DNA of 64,000 nt from Candidatus Latescibacterota bacterium (GTDB taxonomy: Bacteria > Latescibacterota > CBDEFO01): the NCBI GenBank assembly GCA_965248755.1, contig OZ252149.1:800001-864000 (forward strand). Direction: 5' to 3'. The notes under the pieces are model-generated. The model saw only the letters and a list, made by a program, of their open reading frames with translations, did no database searches and was not told the origin of the DNA. The translations under genes and the position numbers were made by a program. Below are positions 9,331-18,682 of this stretch, in pieces. Numbering within the stretch: the first letter of the stretch is position 1; each line of letters begins with the position of its first letter.

Positions 9331-9927
9331 GTGGAAAAAGGCTTTACAGTATGGTTTACGGGCGTCCCGGCATCTGGAAAGACGACTATAGCCATGGAAG
9401 TAGAACTGAGATTGAAAGAAAGAGGAATAAAGGTTGAGAATCTGGACTCGGACGAGGTAAGAGCCAACATAAGTCCCAATCTGGGCTACACGCTAGAAGC
9501 CAGAGATGAGAACACAAAGAGGCTGGCCTTCTTGAGCAATATTTTGTGCAGAAATGGAGTCTGTACCCTCGTCGCTGCTGTATCGAGCCTACGCAGCTTC
9601 AGAGATCGCGCAAGGGGGATGATAGATAATTTCGTGGAGGTTTGGGTGCGGTGCCCATTGGAGGAATGTCAAAGGAGAGACCCCAAAGGGCTATATGCCA
9701 GAGCCGAAAGGGGAGACGTAAACGACATAGCTGGACTCCACCAGCCCTACCAAGAGCCGGCAAACGCAGACGTAATCCTGGATACTCTGGGAACTACACC
9801 CCAGGAGTGTGCTATAGAGGTGATAGATAAACTAGAGGAATTGGGCTATCTAGAGCCGGATGATGCGTACACACAAGATGAGAAGGAGGAGATCAAGGAA
9901 AGGCTGTCGGATCTAGGGTACATATAA
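9331..9927 (+). CDS. cysC: Adenylyl-sulfate (APS) kinase with C-terminal RLxxLGY extension
   Basis: GTG start after AAGGAG; WFTGVPASGKTT P-loop, LDSDEVR, RRDPKGLY; tail YTQDEKEEIKERLSDLGYI. Confidence 0.93.
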   Translation: MEKGFTVWFTGVPASGKTTIAMEVELRLKERGIKVENLDSDEVRANISPNLGYTLEARDENTKRLAFLSNILCRNGVCTLVAAVSSLRSFRDRARGMIDNFVEVWVRCPLEECQRRDPKGLYARAERGDVNDIAGLHQPYQEPANADVILDTLGTTPQECAIEVIDKLEELGYLEPDDAYTQDEKEEIKERLSDLGYI

Positions 9928-9985
9928 ATTCAAGCTACACAGCAAACAAGGATGGGAGGCAGTTGGTTCCCCACTGTATTTTGGG

Positions 9986-10840
9986 TCAGGCTTCAACCTC
10001 CTGGGCGTAGGACCTATTGATGTCTATCATAGAAACGTCTCCCGGGAGATATTCCTCGAGGACAACGCTCTTCATGCTGCGGAGTTTTTCGGTGATCCCT
10101 GCAATCTTATCGGCCTGTTGGAATATGATGTTAAGCTTATCCACAACATGTTCGTCGTCCACGGTGGCCAAAAGGAGTTGGACGTTTCCTGAAATCACGG
10201 TTAAGGGATTGTTTATCTCGTGATTTATACTGGCTGTAACTTGACCTATTGCTGTGAGCTTCTCAGATTCAATGAGCTTTTGCTGGGCTTCTTTCAGTTG
10301 CTTGTTTGTCTCTCTTAATCTGATAGTCGTGTCTCTGAGCTCTGTCACAAGACTGAGCTTTTCAATTATCAAAGAGACCTGACTACCGATGACACTGAGA
10401 AGATCAAGGTCGCTGTCTGTGAATTTCCCAGGTTCGGAATGACCAAAGTTCATAACTCCTATACTCTTGCTATGCAGGACAAGAGGCACGGAGAGAAAAC
10501 ACCTTATACGGTCTCCTTCAAATCTTTTTGTCCTGTGTATGTCGGACAGAAGGATCGGTCTTTGACTTCTGGCTACCCAGGCGGAGAAGCCCCGTCCAAG
10601 GTCGAAGTTGACTTTGTTGATAAGGTCAACAGCTTCGCCTTTGCTGGCCACTATCTCCAGTTCCCCTTGATCTTCCCTAAGTAGGAACAGTGTTCCGAAC
10701 TCGTAGTCCACCACTGTTTTGATGAGCGAAAGTATTGAGTTGAAGGTCTCCTTAGGTTTCGACTCTAGTGAAGCCTGTATGGCTTTTCCTATCTCTAAGA
10801 GGACCTTTACCCTCTGATCCGTTGCTCCGTTGCTTTTCAT
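9986..10840 (-). CDS. GAF + HisKA (DHp) protein lacking HATPase_c
   Basis: GAF (GRGFSAWVA...FLSVPLV...FTDSD), coiled coil, H-box HEINNPL; ends about 75 aa later with no N/G1/F/G2 boxes. Confidence 0.85.
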   Translation of the reverse strand: MKSNGATDQRVKVLLEIGKAIQASLESKPKETFNSILSLIKTVVDYEFGTLFLLREDQGELEIVASKGEAVDLINKVNFDLGRGFSAWVARSQRPILLSDIHRTKRFEGDRIRCFLSVPLVLHSKSIGVMNFGHSEPGKFTDSDLDLLSVIGSQVSLIIEKLSLVTELRDTTIRLRETNKQLKEAQQKLIESEKLTAIGQVTASINHEINNPLTVISGNVQLLLATVDDEHVVDKLNIIFQQADKIAGITEKLRSMKSVVLEEYLPGDVSMIDINRSYAQEVEA

Positions 10841-10908
10841 AGTCAGTTCCCCTCTTTCTCAAGCGCTAGGGCATGGTTTAAAGACCGCACCTTTTCCCCA
10901 AAACAATA

Positions 10909-11430
10909 TCAACGCGGAGGACTTTTTTGGGGCGCCTTTCTTTTTTCTACAGCAGTTCCATCCCCTAACATGGACGGCTCAGACTCTCTGCCACGGCCTA
11001 TCTCTTTAAAAACTTTTAACAGTTTGACTTCATCTCTGCTTAGTCCGAATTTCTTGGCTGCCTCTCCCTCCTGGGACCCACTTTCGATCGAATCGCTCCA
11101 TAGATTAAACAGATCCAGGGAACTGCCGCGTTTAATCGTCTCTCTTTCTGCAGATGTAAGAGATTCATCTTTGGCAGTTCCGTTTCGCATCTTCTGTGTC
11201 GTCAAAAGGAGGCTTTCGTACGCTGTCTGAAGGTATTTTACCTTTTCATGTAGCGACGAAATTTCCTGGGAATTCTCTGAGCCTAAACTCTGATCCACAT
11301 TGTGGTTATGCTGTTCGGATGAGATTCCACCAGCTTTTGAGTTGTTCCACCTTCTTAGAATCAAAAGTGCGACCAGTCCAATAGATAGTCCGTTGGTCAA
11401 GAAGAGTCCAAACATGATCCACTTATACAT
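10909..11430 (-). CDS. Membrane-anchored hypothetical protein at the end of the flagellar cluster
   Basis: N-terminal TM helix, coiled coil, HTH-like AAKKFGLSRDEVKLL; AAAGGTG RBS. Confidence 0.7.
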   Translation of the reverse strand: MYKWIMFGLFLTNGLSIGLVALLILRRWNNSKAGGISSEQHNHNVDQSLGSENSQEISSLHEKVKYLQTAYESLLLTTQKMRNGTAKDESLTSAERETIKRGSSLDLFNLWSDSIESGSQEGEAAKKFGLSRDEVKLLKVFKEIGRGRESEPSMLGDGTAVEKRKAPQKSPPR

Positions 11431-11464
11431 TATTCACCTTTCTCTTGTCCCCCGAAACATTCTT

Positions 11465-11485
11465 CCCCGATAGAATCAACCGGGG
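11465..11485. repeat. 21-bp palindrome, copy 1
   Basis: CCCCGATAGAATCAACCGGGG; reverse complement matches consensus CCCCGATTGAnTCTATCGGGG with one mismatch. Confidence 0.85.
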
Positions 11486-11524
11486 ATGGCGAGCGTCGCC
11501 TGCGACCTTTTTGGGGGCCATTCT

Positions 11525-11875
11525 CTATGCCTCGATGTCTATCGCCTTCCCCTTATCAGATTCGGGGCCTTGTGAACTCGAAGGCTCGTTATTCTGTTCT
11601 TCATCTTCTGAGTCTTGGGGCTCATCTTTGTGCTGATGTTCTTCCGATAATAGGAGTTCGTCTTTGTCTTGGTGCTTTTTCTTATCTTTGTCTATCTGGG
11701 ATTCCTGAGACTTGGAACTCCGAACCGTTTTTCTCCGATTTGCCTCGGCGTTTTCTTGAAGCTGTGCCGCAAATTTCTTCTGGTCTACGTCCGGCTGTTG
11801 CCTTTGCGCATCGAGCATCCTTTCCACGATCTGGGTCTTGGATAGGGTGTTCTGAATATCCACTGAATCGGCCAT
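11525..11875 (-). CDS. Charged hypothetical protein, flagellar-cluster associated
   Basis: Directly downstream of fliA, same strand, AAGGTGG RBS; ends KGKAIDIEA. Confidence 0.75.
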   Translation of the reverse strand: MADSVDIQNTLSKTQIVERMLDAQRQQPDVDQKKFAAQLQENAEANRRKTVRSSKSQESQIDKDKKKHQDKDELLLSEEHQHKDEPQDSEDEEQNNEPSSSQGPESDKGKAIDIEA

Positions 11876-12029
11876 CTGACGATCACCACCTTACGAAGAA
11901 ACAGGACAAAGGACACCTATTTGTCCTTACATCTGTCACCCAAAAGTTCCCCGACACCCTTGCTGTCTGATATTCAAGGCATCTTTGAGCTCTACGATGT
12001 CTCCTTATTGTGGAAGGTCAAAGTCTAAT

Positions 12030-12791
12030 CTACAAAGCCAAAACTTCTTTCATCCCTGCCCTCAGCCTGAGTATAGACTCTGTGTGTATCTGTGATACCC
12101 TGGATTCGGAGATCTCAAGCACCTGGCCGATCTCTTTCAGCGTCAGTTCTTCGTAGTAGTAAAGAGCAACTATAAGTCTTTCACGCTCTTGGAGACTGTC
12201 GATGATGTTCGTAAGGACGGCCTTGGTTTCCTCCTGCTCAAGGACATCTGATACTGTAGGTGCTTGGGGGTCTGAGATTATCTCAGCAGTGGTTAGCTTA
12301 TCCCCCTCTTCTTCTGGTATAGGTTTGTCCAGGGAAAAGATAGAGATCGGACTGAGCTTGCCTAACAGATCTCTGTAATCTGTAATGTCAATGTCCATCT
12401 CTTCTGCAATCTCTGACTCTTCGGGGGATCTGCCTAATTTGTGTTCAAGTGTGGAGAGCACACTCTCAAGTTCGCGGGCCTCTCTCCTCAGTGACCTCGG
12501 AACCCAGTCTATGGATCTTAGTTCGTCCATAATAGCGCCTCTTATTCTGGGGACGGCATAAGTGCTGAATTTGACCCCCAGGTTGGGGTCGAACGATCCT
12601 ATAGCGTCCATCAGCCCTAAAACTCCCGATCCTAAAAGATCGTCCGGGTCCACAGCGGGCGGCAGATGTATAGAGATTCTGCCCACGATGTACTTGACCA
12701 GGGGTATATACTGGAGCGACAGAGTCTCCTTGAGTTTGGGCTCTCTTGTCCTTACGAATTTTTTCCAGGTTTTTATCTCTGATGCCGTCAT
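12030..12791 (-). CDS. fliA: RNA polymerase sigma-28 factor
   Basis: YAVPRIRGAIMDELRSIDWVPRS and LYYYEELTLKEIGQVLEISESRVSQIH. Confidence 0.95.
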   Translation of the reverse strand: MTASEIKTWKKFVRTREPKLKETLSLQYIPLVKYIVGRISIHLPPAVDPDDLLGSGVLGLMDAIGSFDPNLGVKFSTYAVPRIRGAIMDELRSIDWVPRSLRREARELESVLSTLEHKLGRSPEESEIAEEMDIDITDYRDLLGKLSPISIFSLDKPIPEEEGDKLTTAEIISDPQAPTVSDVLEQEETKAVLTNIIDSLQERERLIVALYYYEELTLKEIGQVLEISESRVSQIHTESILRLRAGMKEVLAL

Positions 12792-12842
12792 GCAACAAAC
12801 CTCTTAAGACTAACAAATTAAGCAAACGATTGGCCAGGATTT

Positions 12843-13103
12843 CTAAGTTACCCGTTGTTCAGCTTGCTTTTCCTCCTGAACGTCTTCACCCTCCTTAGAA
12901 TCCTCATCGGTAAGCTCAGCTTTTTCGACCGGATGCAGCAATTTAGGGGACAGAGTCTTTAATATCAGGATCCATGCAACCGCCCCCAGAGAGACGACAA
13001 GGGATCTGAATAGAGCCGCTTCCAGCGAATTTCCCATAGCCACTCCCAGAAGGGTCACGCCGCAGAAGATAAGGAGCGATAGATTTAGAGCAGTATTCTT
13101 CAT
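12843..13103 (-). CDS. Small two-TM hypothetical protein
   Basis: Two hydrophobic helices and an acidic tail, between flhG and fliA. Confidence 0.65.
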   Translation of the reverse strand: MKNTALNLSLLIFCGVTLLGVAMGNSLEAALFRSLVVSLGAVAWILILKTLSPKLLHPVEKAELTDEDSKEGEDVQEEKQAEQRVT

Positions 13104-13208
13104 TTTCGGTTCTTTTCCTTTTTGCACTATGTGGCAATATACCTCATCAGCGTTTGGACATTCTCCCCGAGGTAGGACGCCGACTCCGTAGGGCCTTTCT
13201 ACTATTGT

Positions 13209-14081
13209 CTACTGTCCAGGTGGAACGTCCATCGCGATCGGGACTTCCAAAGATTTTTTTGCGGTAAGAATATCCGATTCAGGCGTCAGGAGTCTTGCTG
13301 CAACGCGTTTTACATTTTGGGATGCCTGTGAGCTCGGCTTCGATATGAGGAAAGGCTCTCTTTGGGCGACGGCTTGGGATACGCTTTCATCCTCGGGGAT
13401 AAAGCCCAAGTACCCTATGCGTCTTTCGAGGAACCGTTCCACGACGAGCTGCATCTTCTCAAAGGTGTCCTCCGCTTCATCCTCCGAGCTTGCGCGGTTG
13501 ATCAAAAGCTTTATGTCCATATCACGATATCCGCTTATTATGAGTTTAATCATAGCGTAAGTATCGGAAGCCGTAGTAGGCTCTGGCGTCGTTATGAGTA
13601 TGACTTCTTTACAGCTTAGGACAAAGTCCATAACGTTCGTAGAAAGGCCGGGCGCTGTGTCTATTAGCACGAAATTGAATGCTTTCTCCAAAAGGGACAG
13701 CTGCTTTAAGACCTGCTGTCTTGAAATCTCAGCCGATTTTGGTATGGCTGTTCCACCGGAGAGAATTTTGGTGCCGGAGGGGCCGTCAAAAACGGCTTTT
13801 TGTATGTCCACATCGCCCAATATTACGTCTGCTGCTGTGTACTGTGGGTCAATACCTGCAAGTATATCCACATTAGATAGCCCCATATCTGCGTCAAAGA
13901 TCAGGACATCGTGATCCAGACCCGAGAGCGCTATAGCCAAGTTAAGGGCAAAATTCGTCTTGCCGACACCCCCCTTGCCACTCGTGATCGCTATTGCCCT
14001 TGCGGGGGTGACGTTGGAAGCTCGAGCACCCTCCGGGCGTCCATTGTCAGGTCTTTTGAATTTGTTGATGTGGTTGGGCAT
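13209..14081 (-). CDS. flhG: MinD-like flagellar number regulator FlhG/FleN
   Basis: SGKGGVGKTN deviant Walker A, DADMGLSN, TTPEPT; follows flhF. Confidence 0.92.
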   Translation of the reverse strand: MPNHINKFKRPDNGRPEGARASNVTPARAIAITSGKGGVGKTNFALNLAIALSGLDHDVLIFDADMGLSNVDILAGIDPQYTAADVILGDVDIQKAVFDGPSGTKILSGGTAIPKSAEISRQQVLKQLSLLEKAFNFVLIDTAPGLSTNVMDFVLSCKEVILITTPEPTTASDTYAMIKLIISGYRDMDIKLLINRASSEDEAEDTFEKMQLVVERFLERRIGYLGFIPEDESVSQAVAQREPFLISKPSSQASQNVKRVAARLLTPESDILTAKKSLEVPIAMDVPPGQ

Positions 14082-14087
14082 ATCTAT

Positions 14088-15344
14088 CTATTTCATAATT
14101 AGTTCTGCCAGCTGGACAGGATCTGCTCTTTGTATTTCACCTGTGATGCTGGGTTCAGAAATCGTGTAAGAAAGAGGTTTTTTGACTCCGTCTATCAAAT
14201 TGAGTATCGTACCTGGATTTTCTGTCTCATAAAGCCGAGTCAGAAGAATTCTGTCGACCCCAAGGGGTTTAAATTTCTGGAAAAAGGCGAGGGAATCTTC
14301 CGGTTTGTCCGAGGCGCTCAAGACAAGATGCACCTCGTGAGGATCTATCTTCTGTACGAATCCTGCCAGTTCATCAAGAAGTTCTGAGGAGTTTTTGCTG
14401 ACTCCGGGAGTATCTATGAGAACGAGATCTTTATCTTTGAATCGCTCCAGTGCCCCTTCCATTTCAAAAGGAGAATAGACAGCGCTTGCTGGCACATTTA
14501 TAATCTTTGCCAGTCCTTCTATCTGTCCGAGGGCTCCGGCTCGGTAGGTATCGGCCGAGACGATAGCTATGTCTTTTGCTTTGTCAGTCTTATATTGAAT
14601 CGCCAATTTGGACAGAGCTGTGGTCTTTCCTGAACCGTTGGGTCCCACAAATAGTATCTTCATGCCCGTCTTTTGGAGGAAATTGGGAATTTTGATCATC
14701 TCTTTTGTCCGCTCAAGGACAGCTCCTCTGACAGATGAAGCGTCCCAGGGCTGTTCCTCCAGGTCTTTTTTCACTTTTCTAAGTAAGCTCCTTACAATCT
14801 TCTCATCTACGCCGTTTTTGAGCAATCCAGAAAAGATGTGTGCTGCGTCCGAGCCGTCCGAAAGGCGCGATACATCTGCATATTTGATCTGATGCGAAAT
14901 ATCTTCGATGGATTCTGAGATAGTCTCAATCTGCGCGGCAAATTGCTCCCGCAAGATTTTCGTTTCACTCTGAAGGACAGATCTTATGTCCTTCTCTACA
15001 GATGATTCACCGTTTGACTCGTTGTCGTAGGCCTCCGATAGCTTTGATCTAAAGGCAGACCCAGATGATACATCTTTTTGGAAGCCTGCAGGCTCACGAG
15101 CTCGCCTTTCGGTTTGGATAGGTTCTTTATCGGCAAGGGCAGCGGTGACCTCTATCTGCTCATTTTTTCCCCAGAATGCTCTTTTCATACTCTTTGAAGT
15201 CCCTCTTCCGTTGCCTCCCGAGCTAGACCTGCCCTGAGACGATACCTTTCTAGTCTTGAGGATAACTGCATCCTGTCCCAGGTCGGCTTTGACCTTAGAT
15301 AGAGCTTCATCCATCGTGGGGGCTGTGTATCTTTCAACTTTCAT
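14088..15344 (-). CDS. flhF: Flagellar SRP-family GTPase FlhF
   Basis: N-terminal ALSKVKADLGQDAVILKTR, GPNGSGKTT, DTYRAGA, DTPG; G4 motif degenerate (TRLYE). Confidence 0.9.
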   Translation of the reverse strand: MKVERYTAPTMDEALSKVKADLGQDAVILKTRKVSSQGRSSSGGNGRGTSKSMKRAFWGKNEQIEVTAALADKEPIQTERRAREPAGFQKDVSSGSAFRSKLSEAYDNESNGESSVEKDIRSVLQSETKILREQFAAQIETISESIEDISHQIKYADVSRLSDGSDAAHIFSGLLKNGVDEKIVRSLLRKVKKDLEEQPWDASSVRGAVLERTKEMIKIPNFLQKTGMKILFVGPNGSGKTTALSKLAIQYKTDKAKDIAIVSADTYRAGALGQIEGLAKIINVPASAVYSPFEMEGALERFKDKDLVLIDTPGVSKNSSELLDELAGFVQKIDPHEVHLVLSASDKPEDSLAFFQKFKPLGVDRILLTRLYETENPGTILNLIDGVKKPLSYTISEPSITGEIQRADPVQLAELIMK

Positions 15345-17433
15345 CGGGTATTCCTATCTGGCCGGATATTCCTACTGTGCCTATGGATTCTAATTCGACG
15401 TCCTGTGGAATTTCGCTGTAGCTTATGACCGTCAGATGGGGGAACGCAGCTTCAACTAATTGTCTGAAATGGTATCTTACCGTCGGCGAGCAGACTACAA
15501 CGGGCTGTCTTCCCACAGCTGTTATCTCTTCTATTCTCCTTGCAAGATCAGCATAAATCTCCCTCACTACCTCGGGCGGGAGGCTAAAAGAGCTCTTTGT
15601 GGCATCAGCTTCTCTTATCCCGTCAGCTATGATCTGTTCCACCTGCTGGCTCAGAATAATGGATACTATCTTCCCCTCCTCGTCCTGGAGTTGACCTGAG
15701 ATGGTATGAGAGAGTGTGTTTCTGACGTATTCGGTCAAGATAGCTATATCTTTGGTCATAGGGGCGTAGTCGGCAAGGGTCTCCAGGATAGCGACCAGGT
15801 CTCTTATGGGTACGCCTTCTCTTAAGAGATTCAGAAGGACTTTGTGTATAGATCCGACTGTAGAGACATCAGGTATAAGCTCCTCCACGACCGTGGGATA
15901 TTCTTCCTTTACGTTTTCTATTAACTTTTGGACATCGTGTCTTGTAAGTATCTTGTGCGCTCTGTTTTTTAGGACCTCCATAAGGTGAGCAGCAAGCACC
16001 GCGGGCGCCTCTACAACCGTGTATCCGGCGATTTCCGCTCTTTCCTTTTGGGCCGCTGTGATCCAAAGAGCAGGCGTCCCAAAGGCGGGCTCTGTTGTCT
16101 CTATTCCTTCTATCTCTTCCTCAGCTGTTCCGGGGTTCATAGCCAAATAGTTACCCCTCATAATCTCGCTCCTTGCAACATCTATGCCTCGTAGCTTTAT
16201 GACATATTCGTTGGATTTGAGTTGTATATTGTCTCTGATCCTTATGGGAGGAACGATTATGCCTAATTGGAGGGCGACCTGTTTTCTTATTATTGTTATC
16301 CGGTCCAAGAGGTCCCCGCCCTGTGAGGCGTCCACTAACTTTATGAGTCCATAGCCTATCTCTAATTCTACGGGATCGACTTTTAAATATTCCTCTATTC
16401 TTTCCTCTTCTTTTGGGACCTCTTCAGCGGCTTCAAGTTCTTCCATCTCCAGGGCCATTGGACTGACTTTAGTCGACATGTAAGCTATAGCCCCAGTTAC
16501 TGCCGAAAGGAAGAAGAAGGGAACGGTGGGAAGACCGGGCGTCACCCCTAGCATAAAAAGGACGCTGGAGGCTATATATATGGCTTTCGGCTGGAGAAGT
16601 ATCTGTCTGGTGACGTCCTGTCCCAGATTAGATTCGGAGGCGGCACGGGTGACTATGATTCCGGCTGCTGTAGATATTATAATGGCCGGTATCTGGGCCA
16701 CAAGCCCGTCGCCTACTGTTAGAATGCTGTAGGTCTGTGCAGCCTGTCCAAAACTCATTCCCATCTGTACTACACCGATTATGAGTCCTCCGATGATGTT
16801 TATGATGGTTATTATAAGTCCGGCTATCGCATCTCCCCTGACGAACTTGCTGGCTCCGTCCATAGCTCCGTAAAAGTCGGCCTCTCTTGCTATCTTTTCT
16901 CTTCTATCCCTTGCCTGGACATCGTCGATAAGCCCGGCGTTCAGGTCTGCATCTATACTCATCTGCTTGCCGGGCATAGCATCCAGCGTGAACCGTGCGG
17001 CAACCTCGGCTATCCTGCTTGAACCTTTTGTTATGACCACAAATTGAATTATGACCAGGATCAGAAATATGACAAATCCGACTACGTAGTTACCCCCAAC
17101 CACGAACGTCCCGAAAGATGAGATAACGTCGCCAGCGTAGGACTCTCCTAAGATAAGCCTGGTGGAGGCGATATTTAAGGAGAGCCTGAACAGAGTCACC
17201 AGAAGGAGTAGTCCAGGGAAAACGGAGAATTGCAGCGGTTCTGTGGTGTAAACTGCGACCATCAGTATGATCAGGGCGAACGTGATATTTAAGGCTAAAA
17301 GCACATCCAGTATGGGCGTGGGGAGAGGGACAATTATTATGGCCAGTATGGCTATGACGCCGGCTGCCAAAAATACGTCGCTGTGCTTGGTGATCGCACT
17401 CAATGAGAGGTTTGTACCTGAAGTTAGTGCCAT
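15334..17433 (-). CDS. flhA: Flagellar export protein FlhA
   Basis: RIAEVAARFTLDAMPGKQMSIDADL, FYGAMDGASKFVRGDAIAG. Confidence 0.98.
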   Translation of the reverse strand: MALTSGTNLSLSAITKHSDVFLAAGVIAILAIIIVPLPTPILDVLLALNITFALIILMVAVYTTEPLQFSVFPGLLLLVTLFRLSLNIASTRLILGESYAGDVISSFGTFVVGGNYVVGFVIFLILVIIQFVVITKGSSRIAEVAARFTLDAMPGKQMSIDADLNAGLIDDVQARDRREKIAREADFYGAMDGASKFVRGDAIAGLIITIINIIGGLIIGVVQMGMSFGQAAQTYSILTVGDGLVAQIPAIIISTAAGIIVTRAASESNLGQDVTRQILLQPKAIYIASSVLFMLGVTPGLPTVPFFFLSAVTGAIAYMSTKVSPMALEMEELEAAEEVPKEEERIEEYLKVDPVELEIGYGLIKLVDASQGGDLLDRITIIRKQVALQLGIIVPPIRIRDNIQLKSNEYVIKLRGIDVARSEIMRGNYLAMNPGTAEEEIEGIETTEPAFGTPALWITAAQKERAEIAGYTVVEAPAVLAAHLMEVLKNRAHKILTRHDVQKLIENVKEEYPTVVEELIPDVSTVGSIHKVLLNLLREGVPIRDLVAILETLADYAPMTKDIAILTEYVRNTLSHTISGQLQDEEGKIVSIILSQQVEQIIADGIREADATKSSFSLPPEVVREIYADLARRIEEITAVGRQPVVVCSPTVRYHFRQLVEAAFPHLTVISYSEIPQDVELESIGTVGISGQIGIPDES

Positions 17434-17479
17434 TTTACTTTCTTTATCGTTGATTTAGGTGGTTAATCCAGAACTTTTA

Positions 17480-18547
17480 TCAGACTACTACACCCTTAAG
17501 TCTGTATATGTAGGCCAGGACCCCGGCTACTGCCCTGTAGAGATCTTCGGGTATCTGCATCCCGACTTCGGTAGAGTCGTAAAGTGCTCTGGCCAGAGGT
17601 TTATCCTCTACTATGGGGATTCCGTGTTCGTCAGCTATATCCTTGATCTTCTGGGCTATTAGTCTCTGTCCTTTGGCGATGACAGTAGGCGCCGCCATGG
17701 TCTCTTGGGCGTACTTGAGCGCGACGGCTATGTGAGTTGGATTTGTGATGACAAGGTCCGAATCTGGGATCTGCTCCATCATCCTTTTCTGCGCCATCTC
17801 CCTTTGGATGCTCTTGACTCTGGCTTTGATTTCGGGGTCGCCTTCGTATTGCTTGCGCTCCTCTTTTGTCTCCTGTTTGGTCATCATCAGCTGCTTGTCG
17901 TACTGCCATTTGGTGTAGGCGTAGTCAAGAATGGCTAATATTATAAGAGCGACCGCACACCTTATGGCGATTTTAAACGACGATTTGAGAATAAATGTTA
18001 ATATCTGTCCGACATCCATGTCAATAAGATAAATGGTATCCTTCATATCAGAACTCAAAGCGGTGTAAGCTACGATTGCGACGATAGATATCTTGAGGAG
18101 TCCTTTGACAAGCTCTACGAGGGATTGTTTAGATACCAGTTTCTTTATCCCAGAAAAAGGGTTGATCTTGTTCCCCTTGGGCTTGATAGTCTCCAACGTG
18201 AAGAGAACGCCGATCTGCATATAGTTGGATGCAAGCCCGACAGCCATAATCGCCAAAGCGACAGGCCCCACGGCCCTTGCGATGAATCCCAGTACAAACG
18301 GGAACAGATTGTTGACATTCTGATGTGTCAAATTGATGCTGTGCATATTCACGAAGGCAAAGTTAGCAAGTGTCTCTATATTGCTGAAGATGGCCTCTCC
18401 TGCAAAATGAAGGGCTATTATTCCGGTCAAAAGGACCAAACTGCTATTAAGATCGGTACTCTTGGCTACGTTTCCCTTTTCTCTTGCCTCCCCCTTTTTT
18501 TTGGGAGTAGCCTGTTCTGTTTTTTCCTGTACTGGGTCTTCTGGCAC
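17480..18547 (-). CDS. flhB: Flagellar export protein FlhB
   Basis: EKTEQATPKK start, EGDPEIK, NPTH autocleavage motif. Confidence 0.97.
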   Translation of the reverse strand: MPEDPVQEKTEQATPKKKGEAREKGNVAKSTDLNSSLVLLTGIIALHFAGEAIFSNIETLANFAFVNMHSINLTHQNVNNLFPFVLGFIARAVGPVALAIMAVGLASNYMQIGVLFTLETIKPKGNKINPFSGIKKLVSKQSLVELVKGLLKISIVAIVAYTALSSDMKDTIYLIDMDVGQILTFILKSSFKIAIRCAVALIILAILDYAYTKWQYDKQLMMTKQETKEERKQYEGDPEIKARVKSIQREMAQKRMMEQIPDSDLVITNPTHIAVALKYAQETMAAPTVIAKGQRLIAQKIKDIADEHGIPIVEDKPLARALYDSTEVGMQIPEDLYRAVAGVLAYIYRLKGVVV

Positions 18548-18682
18548 TGTCTTTGTCCTTATTAAACTTAAACTGCTATCTTAAGACTTCAGTTTTCCCC
18601 AAAAGGTTCTTTGCCCACTTTTCAGCTTGCCGTCACCCCAGCAGCCACACGGCCCTTGGGGGCATCCCTTTCCAAAATAGTG

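Noticed and set aside
18590..18680. Riboswitch in the fliR-flhB gap or at 36230-36360
   Set aside because: No match to c-di-GMP or other aptamer cores that I could identify by eye.
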